Source: Pyrinomonadaceae bacterium
GTDB lineage: Bacteria > Acidobacteriota > Blastocatellia > Pyrinomonadales > Pyrinomonadaceae
Reading direction: 5' to 3'
Assembly (NCBI GenBank): GCA_036833775.1
Contig: DAITPE010000001.1
Location: 1 to 38,756, forward strand
DNA length: 38,756 bases
Position numbers and translations under genes: made by a program. Each line of letters starts with the position of its first letter. Within the stretch, counting starts at the first letter, position 1. Positions 1 to 7,744 of the stretch are shown in pieces. The notes beneath the pieces are model-generated. The model was given only the letters and a program-made list of their open reading frames with translations, did no database searches and was not told the origin of the DNA.

Positions 1-1376
1 GTTTCAAATGAAGTTTCTTTAACGGTTTCAAATGAAGTTTCTTCGGCTTTTTCCGTTTCCGGTTCTTCGTAAGCGGTCGAAACGGTTTCTTCAAAACTAT
101 AAGAAGATTCGACCGGCTGACTGCTCCACGAATATGAATGATCTTCTTCGACCGCCGTTTCAACTTCTTCTTTAACGGGTTCTTCGACCGCCGTTTCTTC
201 GCTGTATGAAGGTGCAAAATGCTCTTCGGTTTTCGCTTCTTGGCTGAATGAAGGCGCGAAATCATCCGAAACTACTTCATATTCAAAGTTATCGGCAGCG
301 GTTTCTTCTTTTACTTCTTCTACGGGTTCTTCGACTGCGGTTTGAACCTGAGCGGAGTCAAATTGTTGAGCCGTTTCGGTCGTTTCAAAATTATACGATG
401 ACGAAGGCGATTCATAGCTTTGCGAAAATCCGTATTGATTTTCCGATTCGCTGTATGAAGGCGCGGTTTCGACAGGTTCGTGTGTCGCGGAAGAAGTTTG
501 CGGTGCATCGTATGAATAAGCATCGTGATGCTCTTCGTGATGATCTTCGGCGGGTGCATCTTTCTGCAATTTTCCGCCCGAAGCCGCCAAAAGTTCGACC
601 GTCAATCCGGCAATGCGAACCAATGTTTCCAAAGCTTCGACATTTACGTTGATGCCTTCATTGCCGTAATCAGCATAAAGCACGGCAACACCGCGACCGC
701 GTGCGACAAGCGGCACGGCATACATTCTGTCGGGCTGTCCGAATTCGAGTTTGTTAAGATAAATGGAATCGTCGTGATGCATTCCGAAATTGCTTTCGGC
801 GGTGCTCAGATTTCTCACCGATTCGCCCAAAACCGTGTCTGCGGAGATCGGCAAAAAGACTTCACGAACGGTTTGCTCGTCAGAATGCCCTTCTTTGCCG
901 AAAACACGCCAACCGACGAAATGTTCATTTTTGATGATGAAAAATGCTCCGCGCGGTGTGAATTGAGCAGCGTGGTGAACAAGCGATTTCAAGATCGCCG
1001 ACTGCGAATCTTTACTGCTGATCTCAATGATCGCGTCCCGCATTTCAGCAAAACTGACTGCCGGAACGGCTTCGGATTCCTTTTCCATCGCTTCCGCTTC
1101 CGCAATCGCCGAAGCCGTAATGCGCGCCCCTTCATCTCTCGCTAAACGAAGATGTTCGATGACGGATTCTTTGAACGTATCATCAATTTCTTTGTCGTTT
1201 TCGATGCGGGCTGAAAAGTCTTGGAAAACTTCATCCAATTGAGATTTATGTTTCTCAAATTCAGTTTGAAATTTTGACTGAAACTCGGAAACTTCTTGCT
1301 TGATCTCAGCAAGAGTATTTTTTAGGTAACTCTCGAATTCAGTCCGCAAACTAAGTTCGAGTTCTTCACTATTCAC
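1..1376 (-). CDS. GAF-domain protein with coiled-coil-like N-terminus and acidic repeat-rich C-terminal tail (3' end runs off the window)
   Basis: Not in the ORF track. Manual minus-strand translation starts at GTG 1376, with GGAGGAG at 1384-1390, 7 nt upstream. The frame stays open to position 1. The central segment ...RGAFFIIKNEHFVGWRVFG...MYAVPLVARGRGVAVLYADYGNEG... looks like a GAF fold. The tail is E/S/T/Y-rich with APSYSE and ETSFETVK reiterations. Confidence 0.7.
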   Translation of the reverse strand, partial: MNSEELELSLRTEFESYLKNTLAEIKQEVSEFQSKFQTEFEKHKSQLDEVFQDFSARIENDKEIDDTFKESVIEHLRLARDEGARITASAIAEAEAMEKESEAVPAVSFAEMRDAIIEISSKDSQSAILKSLVHHAAQFTPRGAFFIIKNEHFVGWRVFGKEGHSDEQTVREVFLPISADTVLGESVRNLSTAESNFGMHHDDSIYLNKLEFGQPDRMYAVPLVARGRGVAVLYADYGNEGINVNVEALETLVRIAGLTVELLAASGGKLQKDAPAEDHHEEHHDAYSYDAPQTSSATHEPVETAPSYSESENQYGFSQSYESPSSSYNFETTETAQQFDSAQVQTAVEEPVEEVKEETAADNFEYEVVSDDFAPSFSQEAKTEEHFAPSYSEETAVEEPVKEEVETAVEEDHSYSWSSQPVESSYSFEETVSTAYEEPETEKAEETSFETVKETSFE

Positions 1377-1585
1377 TTTATTTCTCCTCCATTTAGTTGA
1401 AAACACAGCACTTCTAAGGATGTAACGGCTGGCGGTTTGGTGTAGATAATTGAACCCTTTCAGACGAGACAACAATTCCGGTAGAATTGCCGCCGTTAGA
1501 ATTATGAACAATTTTAAGGCTGTCTGTCAAGAAATACTTTTAAATCAAAGAAATAAAATGTTTTACAAGAACATATCGTCTAAAA

Positions 1586-2149
1586 TCAAACGGCTACGAC
1601 TTCGATTTCGGGATCAATTTCTTCCTTGATCATATTTTCGATCGCCATTAAAGTTCCGGTCAAAGAACTCGGACAGCTTCCGCACGCGCCTTGATACCTT
1701 ATTTTCAATTGTTTATTTTCCAATTCCAAAACCTCGACCCAACCCCCGTCGCCTGCCAAATACGGTCTGATGCGGTCGTCCAATAAAACATTTATTTCGG
1801 CAATTTTCGGATCGTCGCTGACCGCCGCCGCGATCGCACCGCCGACTGCCGCTGCCGCCGCGTTTCCGTTTTTCGATTGGACGCTTTCAGCCGCCCGAAT
1901 CGGCACGGCAAGCGCGGGTAAAATCTCGTCCCATTCCGCATCATCCGTTTTTTCGACCGTGATCATTCGGTCCATATAAAAGACGGAAACGACATCGCCG
2001 ACATCGAATAAAGACTTGGCAAGCTTGTCGTTTTCAGCTTTTTCAGCCGCGTCGAACGAATGAGATGTGCCGTGTGAAACAGGCTCTTTCAAAATGAATT
2101 TTACCGCGTTCGGATTCGGCGTTTCTTGTATATCTGCAATTTTTGGCAT
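1586..2149 (-). CDS. Nfu/NifU-type Fe-S cluster scaffold/carrier protein
   Basis: 187-aa ORF. It has an Nfu_N-like N-terminus ([14 protein letters not shown]) and a C-terminal NifU domain with a CxxC motif ([10 protein letters not shown]). AGAGGA lies upstream of the ATG. Confidence 0.9.
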   Translation of the reverse strand: MPKIADIQETPNPNAVKFILKEPVSHGTSHSFDAAEKAENDKLAKSLFDVGDVVSVFYMDRMITVEKTDDAEWDEILPALAVPIRAAESVQSKNGNAAAAAVGGAIAAAVSDDPKIAEINVLLDDRIRPYLAGDGGWVEVLELENKQLKIRYQGACGSCPSSLTGTLMAIENMIKEEIDPEIEVVAV

Positions 2150-2260
2150 TGATTATAAATCCTCTGTTTTTTCTTCAAAAATATAAAGTCTATTAATCTT
2201 TACATTTTTGTCAACATTAAAGTTTATATTACCAAAAAATTTGCGATTGCAAAAATGAAA

Positions 2261-2300
2261 AACGGATGGCTGAATTTTAAACGCAATTCAGCCATCCGTT
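2261..2300 (-). terminator. Rho-independent terminator-like hairpin
   Basis: Perfect 16-bp inverted repeat AACGGATGGCTGAATT / AATTCAGCCATCCGTT with an 8-nt loop. Read on the minus strand it is followed by TTTTTCATTTTT. It sits about 80 nt downstream of the 2382-2561 gene. Confidence 0.6.
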
Positions 2301-2381
2301 AAATAAACGTCAAAAACAGCAAGCAGTTAACAAATGAAAAAGAGCTTCGATTACCGCTTGTCAAACAGTCAAAATACGAAG

Positions 2382-2561
2382 TTATTCGGTTATATGAATA
2401 TCATCGTTTCTATTAACTCTACTTGATAAGAATAAGCCTCCGAAAACGATCGTCAGAATTGCAAATAAAATTGCTAATCCGATCAATAACGAACTACTTG
2501 CCATCTTAAATACTAGTATTGCTGCAACAGCACAAACTAAAGCCAAGATTGCATAAAGCAT
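2382..2561 (-). CDS. Small hydrophobic membrane protein (59 aa, two predicted TM helices)
   Basis: I chose the ATG at 2561 over the track's GTG at 2570, because GGAGG lies 8 nt upstream of that ATG. The sequence is almost entirely hydrophobic (LYAILALVCAVAAILVF...LLIGLAILFAILTIVFGGLFL). It sits in an AT-rich islet. Confidence 0.5.
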   Translation of the reverse strand: MLYAILALVCAVAAILVFKMASSSLLIGLAILFAILTIVFGGLFLSSRVNRNDDIHITE

Positions 2562-2800
2562 AAAAACCACCTCCGTTGGAATAAAAAGTATAAATTCCGA
2601 AGTTTCGTCGGTATTTTACTTAGTCTCAAAAAATCTCAAGACTTTTGAATTGACCAATTAACTTATCAAACTGCTTATTTGGAATGAACCATATAGTAAC
2701 TTTATTTTAGTTGAAAAACAAGACTTTTTCTATGAATCAAGCGTGCTTTTCAAAAAAAATTTTAATGCGCGGATAAATATTACTTTTGTGAAATTTAGCA

Positions 2801-3649
2801 CTAATTGACGCGTCGCGTTTTCAGCATTCGCGGAATGTTTTGCAAATCGGCAACAATTTCAACTTCACTCCAATTTTTTTCGTCAATCATTTTCAAAACT
2901 TCCTCCGCTTGCCCGAAACCGATTTCCATCAGCAAAAAGCCTTTCGGCTTTAAGAATTTCGGCGATTCACGAATGATTTTTACAATGATTGAAAATCCGT
3001 CATTGCCATCGGTCAAAGCATTTAGCGGCTCGAAATCTTTAACTTCCGCGTCCAAACCTTGAATTTCCTGCATTGAAATATACGGCGGATTTGAAACGAT
3101 AATGTCGAATTTTTCATCCTTCAAAACTTCAAAAACATCCGAAATCTGCAAATCAAATCTTTCCGAAACTTGATGTTTTTCGGCATTTCTTTTTGCAACT
3201 TTCAAGGCTTTTTCCGAAATATCCAAACCTTTTCCCGAAGCGTTTTTATTTTCGTGCAAAATTGAGATCGAAATACAGCCCGAACCGACACCGACTTCAC
3301 AAAATCTCGAATTTTCTAAATTTTTCAAAATTTCGAGCGCATTTTCGACGATCAATTCGGTTTCCGGTCGCGGAATCAAAACGTCTTTGTTTACTTCGAA
3401 TTCGAGTCCGAAAAATTCCTGTTTTCCGGTAATATGCTGAAGCGGTTCGCGTTTGGCGCGTCTTTCGATCGCTTCATCAAAACGCGTTTGTTCGGATTCC
3501 GTCAATTCATATTCAGAATGCGCGATCAAAAAAGTGCGGTCTTTTTGAAGCACAAAACCAAGCAAAGTATTCGCATCGCGCCGCGCTTCGGCAATTTCGC
3601 TTTTCAGCAAAATCTCGCTTGCATTTTTAAGATATTCGGAAATATTCAT
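2801..3649 (-). CDS. prmC: Peptide chain release factor N5-glutamine methyltransferase
   Basis: HemK/PrmC layout with an SAM-binding motif (CEVGVGSGCISI) and the catalytic NPPY motif (VSNPPYI). The start is set at the internal ATG (MNISEYLK), because the track's upstream extension runs into a repeat element. Confidence 0.9.
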   Translation of the reverse strand: MNISEYLKNASEILLKSEIAEARRDANTLLGFVLQKDRTFLIAHSEYELTESEQTRFDEAIERRAKREPLQHITGKQEFFGLEFEVNKDVLIPRPETELIVENALEILKNLENSRFCEVGVGSGCISISILHENKNASGKGLDISEKALKVAKRNAEKHQVSERFDLQISDVFEVLKDEKFDIIVSNPPYISMQEIQGLDAEVKDFEPLNALTDGNDGFSIIVKIIRESPKFLKPKGFLLMEIGFGQAEEVLKMIDEKNWSEVEIVADLQNIPRMLKTRRVN

Positions 3650-3668
3650 CAACCATTTATCGCCGCAA

Positions 3669-3734
3669 GAAAGCACAAAAAGCACAAAAATAAATTGAAT
3701 TTTTCTTTGCGCTTTTTGTGCCTTTTGTGGCTAT
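3669..3734. repeat. Palindromic intergenic element, family 1 (imperfect copy)
   Basis: The right arm CTTTGCGCTTTTTGTGCCTTTTGTGGCTAT is the reverse complement of the ATAGCCACAAAAGGCACAAAAAGCGCAAAG motif seen at 7654 and 11791. GCACAAAAAGC (3673-3683) pairs with GCTTTTTGTGC (3711-3721). The element ends 1 nt before the stop codon of the 3735-5273 gene. Confidence 0.6.
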
Positions 3735-5273
3735 TCAATCGCCTCGCAGCATTGCCGGAAGCGTCAATAAGATAATTTTCAGATCGAGCCATAAAGACCA
3801 ATTTTCGATGTAGAAAATATCAATTCTGACCATTTCGTCAAAGGTCAGCCGATTTCTTCCCGAAACTTGCCATAAACCCGTAATTCCGGGCTTCATATCC
3901 AATCTTTTGCGATGCCAGAGTTCGTAATTTTCGACTTCGTAAGGAATCGGCGGACGCGGTCCGACGATGCTCATATCGCCTTTCAAAACATTCAAAAACT
4001 GCGGCAATTCATCCAAGCTCGTGCGGCGCAAAATTTTTCCGATTTTCGTGATGCGCGGATCGTTTTTGACCTTGCCGAAGACGGGTTTTTCGTCGTCGCC
4101 CGCGTTTGCTTCCTGCGCGCCTTCGATATTTTTCAGATACGCTTCACGATGAATTTTGTCGTCCGCATCCGACTTCATCGTGCGAAATTTGTAGCAGAGA
4201 AAAATTCGCCCGTCCATTCCGACGCGCTCTTGTTTGAAAAGAATCGCACCGTGCGAATCGAGTTTTATAAGCAGCGAAATTATCAGCCAAACAGGCGAAA
4301 AAACGGCGAGCGCGATTGCGGAAATTACAATATCCGAAAGGCGTTTGACCAATCTTTCCGCGTCCGAAAGCGGTTCACGAAACAGCCTGACCATCGGCAA
4401 AACGCCGATTTGTTCAACGCTGGTTTTCTGCGGCAGAACATTAAAAAGCGATGGTGCGAAACGAAATTCGACCTTTTGACTTCGCCCGACCTGCATCATC
4501 GCTTCGAATAATTTTTCGCTCGGAATCTTGTCGTCGGTAATGATTACTTCCTGAATCGCCAATTCACGAATCAGCGCAGGCAATTCTTCAACGCCGCCGA
4601 CAACCGAAACCTTCTCGAAATCTCTCCGCATCTCCGCGTCTCCGCGTCCTAAATTCCCTTCCACAATCCCGATCACGCGATAACCGAGTTCGGGACGTTC
4701 ATTAAGCTCGCGCAAAGTTTGTTCAGCTTCGGCGTTCGTGCCGACGATCAGCGTTGGAATCAGATTAATATCGCGTTTTCTAATAAGCGTCTGCACGAAT
4801 CGCAGCGACAAATGAAATGCTGAAAACGCCGCGAGCGCGAATGCAAAATTTATCAAAAAAACGCCGCGCGAATATGGAAAATCGCGGAAAGCATAACCGC
4901 CTCGAAAAAGAAACGTAAACGCGATTGTCAGAAGTGACGCGACCGAAACGGCTTTGAAAATCTTGATAAATTCGGCGACGTAGGAAAACGCGCCTTGCAG
5001 ACGGTAAACGCGCTGATAAATCAACATCGCGAGTTGAATCGGGATGATAAAAAACACGACTCCGGCATACGGCACGAAATCTTTTGACCAAGCCCACGCC
5101 GTCTGCGAAAAAACGGGTTTTCCTTCGCGCAACGCAAACGCCAAAGTGAAGCAAAGAAACGCCAAAAATCCGTCGAGCGCAAAGATCGAAACTTTGACCG
5201 TCGGCAAAATCCAGACGGGAACGCGGTTTTCGGCGCGTGTGATTTTTGTTTCGATGGCGTTTTCGGCTTTCAT
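3735..5273 (-). CDS. Polyprenyl-phosphate hexose-1-phosphate transferase (WbaP-like priming sugar transferase for exopolysaccharide/O-antigen synthesis)
   Basis: 512 aa with N-terminal TM helices and a central nucleotide-binding-like domain. The C-terminus is a typical bacterial sugar transferase domain (KFRTM...DPRIT..G..LR..SLDELPQ..NVL.G.MS.VGPRP...PG.TG.WQV). Confidence 0.9.
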   Translation of the reverse strand: MKAENAIETKITRAENRVPVWILPTVKVSIFALDGFLAFLCFTLAFALREGKPVFSQTAWAWSKDFVPYAGVVFFIIPIQLAMLIYQRVYRLQGAFSYVAEFIKIFKAVSVASLLTIAFTFLFRGGYAFRDFPYSRGVFLINFAFALAAFSAFHLSLRFVQTLIRKRDINLIPTLIVGTNAEAEQTLRELNERPELGYRVIGIVEGNLGRGDAEMRRDFEKVSVVGGVEELPALIRELAIQEVIITDDKIPSEKLFEAMMQVGRSQKVEFRFAPSLFNVLPQKTSVEQIGVLPMVRLFREPLSDAERLVKRLSDIVISAIALAVFSPVWLIISLLIKLDSHGAILFKQERVGMDGRIFLCYKFRTMKSDADDKIHREAYLKNIEGAQEANAGDDEKPVFGKVKNDPRITKIGKILRRTSLDELPQFLNVLKGDMSIVGPRPPIPYEVENYELWHRKRLDMKPGITGLWQVSGRNRLTFDEMVRIDIFYIENWSLWLDLKIILLTLPAMLRGD

Positions 5274-5287
5274 TTATCTTTTGGAAC

Positions 5288-5361
5288 GTGTCAGTAGCCC
5301 GACCGTAAGGAAGAGCTATTCACTAAATCTTAACCCTTCCTTACGGTCGGGCTACTGACAC
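5288..5361. repeat. REP-like perfect hairpin (26-bp stem, 22-nt loop), family 2
   Basis: GTGTCAGTAGCCCGACCGTAAGGAAG (5288-5313) is the exact reverse complement of CTTCCTTACGGTCGGGCTACTGACAC (5336-5361). It lies in the divergent region between the WbaP-like and GT4 genes. Confidence 0.9.
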
Positions 5362-5493
5362 ACTCGTTAATTTTTATTATTCAGCACAAAATTTTGAAAC
5401 ACAATCTTTCTTTTTAAGCCATAAAATCTTTAGTTGCAAACGGCTGAATTGTTTCTCTCGAAAGGTTGCGATATTCTTTTTCGTTCGTATTTG

Positions 5494-6570
5494 ATGAAAC
5501 AATCGCCTTTAAAAATTTTGATAACCGCGCCGAGTTTGGACGAAACGCGCCACGTCAGCGGCATTTCGACCGTCGTGCGGCAAATTATCGAACACGGCAA
5601 TTTTTCATACGCGCATTTCGAAGCCGGACGCAGCGACGGCGAACCAAAAAGTTTCGGCTGGTTTTTGCGGCAATTACGGCTTCCTTTTCGGTTTTTCGTG
5701 ACGCTCAAAAGCGGAAATTTCGACGTTGTTCACATCAATACGGCGTTTAATCCGCTTTCTATTTATCGTGATTTTGCGCTCGTCAAAGCGGCGAAATTTG
5801 CACAAACGCGAATCGTTTTGCACGTTCACGGCGGGAAATTTCTCGCGCAGGAATTTGAAAATTTGCGGCTCAAAAACACCGCCGAACGGATGCTTCGATT
5901 GGCGGACGAAATCATCGTTTTGAGCGAACTCGAAAAGAAAATTATCGAAAAGCGTTGGCAAAATTTGAGCGTTAAAGCGTTGGAAAATGCGGTCGAAATT
6001 CCAACTTTTGAAACAACCGAAAAGCGGAAAAATTCGATTCTTTTTCTCGGACGTTTGACCGAATCGAAAGGTTTGAACGAAATTATTGAAGCTCTTCGCA
6101 CTTTGAAAAGCGAAGGTTATGACTTTACTTTTAAAGCGTTCGGCGCGGGCGAAATGCAGAATTTTTTCGTCGATGAAATGACGAAAATTCTCGGCGAAGA
6201 TTTCTTTTTCGGCGGCGTGATCGCGGGAAAAGCGAAGCTTGATGAACTAAATAAAGCCGATATTTTCGTGCTTCCGTCGCGTCACGGCGAAGGTTTGCCG
6301 ATGGCTTTGCTCGAAGCGATGGCAGCAAAATGCGTCTGCGTCGCGTCCGAAATGGCATCGATCGGCGCAGTCGTGCGCGACGGCGAAAACGGCTTTCTCG
6401 TCAGACCGCACGACACATTCGATTTTTTTCTAAAACTGCGGATGATCTTGTCGGCAAACACCGATTTTGAAATTTTGCGCGAACGTGCGCGGCAGACGAT
6501 CGCCGAAAAATTCAATCTGCGCGATTACATCGAGCGTTTGGAAAAAATTTACGCCGAAGCCCGCCGCTAA
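5494..6570 (+). CDS. Glycosyltransferase family 4 (GT-B, Glycos_transf_1)
   Basis: Start set at the ATG giving MKQSPLKILITAPSL. The C-terminal half carries the GT4 signature (FLGRL...KG......PS..EGLPMALLEAMA......S......V.DGENGFLV). Confidence 0.9.
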   Translation: MKQSPLKILITAPSLDETRHVSGISTVVRQIIEHGNFSYAHFEAGRSDGEPKSFGWFLRQLRLPFRFFVTLKSGNFDVVHINTAFNPLSIYRDFALVKAAKFAQTRIVLHVHGGKFLAQEFENLRLKNTAERMLRLADEIIVLSELEKKIIEKRWQNLSVKALENAVEIPTFETTEKRKNSILFLGRLTESKGLNEIIEALRTLKSEGYDFTFKAFGAGEMQNFFVDEMTKILGEDFFFGGVIAGKAKLDELNKADIFVLPSRHGEGLPMALLEAMAAKCVCVASEMASIGAVVRDGENGFLVRPHDTFDFFLKLRMILSANTDFEILRERARQTIAEKFNLRDYIERLEKIYAEARR

Positions 6571-6572
6571 AA

Positions 6573-6845
6573 GTGTCAGAGGCTCTGCGGAAAGTGTCAG
6601 ACGGTCTGCGGACTGTGTCAGCACCTTTGCGGAACGTGTCAGCAGGTTTGCGGAAAGTGTCAGTTACCTTGCGGAGTGTGTCAGTCGGTCTGCGCGGTGT
6701 GTCAGACGCTCTGCGCACACTGTCAGCAACCTTGCGCAGTGTGTCAGTTGCTTTGCGCACACTGTCAGCAACCTTGCGCAGTGTGTCAGTTGCTTTGCGC
6801 ACACTGTCAGCGACCTTGCGCAGTGTGTCAGCGACTCTGCGCAGC
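6573..6845 (+). repeat. Tandem array of 13 x 21-bp units (consensus GTGTCAG-N5-YTGCGSA-NN)
   Basis: Counted directly: 13 head-to-tail units with no spacers. Units 8-11 are an exact 42-bp duplication. The array fills the gap between the GT4 stop (6568-6570) and the wecG-like ATG (6875). All three plus frames and one minus frame are open across it. Confidence 0.95.
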
Positions 6846-6874
6846 AGTAAACATAGGCATTTTATGAAATTGTG

Positions 6875-7657
6875 ATGGAAAACTCTTTATCCGAAAAAAA
6901 GCGCGTCCGCGTCGTCAGTTTAACGCCGAACGTCGTTTCGCACGACAGGGCGATTGCCGTGATTACCGAATTGGCGCGGCAAAAACGCGGCGCGTATGTC
7001 TGTTTTTCGACCGTGCATATGGTGATGGAATCGTATGACGACGCGGAATTCGGTGCGCGTGTGAACGGTGCGGATTACATCGTCACAGACGGAATGCCGC
7101 TCGTTTGGATGCAGAAATTTCAAGGCGCAAAAGACGCTTCGCGCGTTCGTGCAAACGATCTGATGATTTCTTTGTGCGAATATGCCGCGCAGAATAATTT
7201 ATCGGTCGGCTTTTACGGCGGAAAGCAGGAAGTCATCGATGCAATTCAAGAACGCGCAAATCGCGAATTGCCCGAACTGAAAATTGTTTACGCTTTTTCG
7301 CCTCCGTTTCGCGCTTTGACCGAAGCGGAAGATGCGGAGATCGTCGCGGAAATAAACCGCGCGAATCCAGACATTTTATTTATGGGGTTGGGCTGTCCGA
7401 AGCAGGAAAATTGGATGTCTTCACACAAAGATAAATTAAAAACCGTGATGCTCGGCGTCGGCGCGTCGTTCGATTTCTACGCCGGAAACGTCAAAGAATC
7501 GCCCGAATGGATGGGCAAACTCGGCTTGGAATGGCTTTACCGTCTGACGCAGGAACCGAAACGTCTGTGGCGCAGATATTTAATCTTAAACCCGCGTTTT
7601 ATGTTCCTCGCCGCGCTTCAACTGCTCGGTTTGAAAAAATTCGATAAGAAGAAATAG
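6875..7657 (+). CDS. WecG/TagA/CpsF-family glycosyltransferase (GT26, N-acetylmannosaminyl/ManNAcA transferase-like)
   Basis: 260 aa with typical GT26 blocks (VCFSTVHMVMES, IVTDGMPLVWMQK, LFMGLGCPKQENWM, GVGASFDFYAGNVK..P.WM...GLEWLYRL..EPKRLWRRY). Confidence 0.9.
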   Translation: MENSLSEKKRVRVVSLTPNVVSHDRAIAVITELARQKRGAYVCFSTVHMVMESYDDAEFGARVNGADYIVTDGMPLVWMQKFQGAKDASRVRANDLMISLCEYAAQNNLSVGFYGGKQEVIDAIQERANRELPELKIVYAFSPPFRALTEAEDAEIVAEINRANPDILFMGLGCPKQENWMSSHKDKLKTVMLGVGASFDFYAGNVKESPEWMGKLGLEWLYRLTQEPKRLWRRYLILNPRFMFLAALQLLGLKKFDKKK

Positions 7658-7729
7658 CCGCGAAAAGGCACAAAAGACACAAAGAAAAAAGAATTTATTT
7701 TTGCGAATTTTGCGCCTTTTCGCGGCTAT
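7654..7729. repeat. Palindromic intergenic element, family 1
   Basis: ATAGCCGCGAAAAGGC (7654-7669) pairs perfectly with GCCTTTTCGCGGCTAT (7714-7729). One mismatch is followed by 5 more paired bases. The TAG stop of the wecG-like gene (7655-7657) lies inside the left arm. The element sits between convergent genes. Confidence 0.85.
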
Positions 7730-7744
7730 TAATTCTAAAACTTT

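Noticed and set aside
248-1242. Plus-strand track ORFs 248-652, 525-1145 and 1027-1242
   Set aside because: They overlap one another and lie antisense to a long, motif-bearing minus-strand ORF with a strong ribosome-binding site. Their translations are Arg/Phe-rich low-complexity sequence typical of shadow frames.
3650-3685. N-terminal extension of prmC to the GTG at 3685 (MLFVLSCGDKWL...)
   Set aside because: The extension is encoded by the family-1 palindromic repeat itself. The internal ATG at 3649 gives a normal PrmC N-terminus.
6573-6845. CRISPR array
   Set aside because: The units are contiguous 21-mers with no unique spacers between them. There is no leader and no cas genes. The pattern is a plain tandem repeat.
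6467-6867. The other open frames across the 21-bp array could be Cys-rich or RiPP-like peptides or repeat proteins. These include the Cys-rich CQxxCAx frame (6676-6867), the 127-aa extension frame from 6467 and the minus-strand TDTLRK frame (6512-6802).
   Set aside because: They are open only because the repeat unit contains no stop triplet in those frames. They lack ribosome-binding sites and sensible starts; 6467 begins inside the GT4 gene. Core substitutions are non-conservative in those frames. Only frame 0 (6573-6875) has any positional support, and even that is uncertain.
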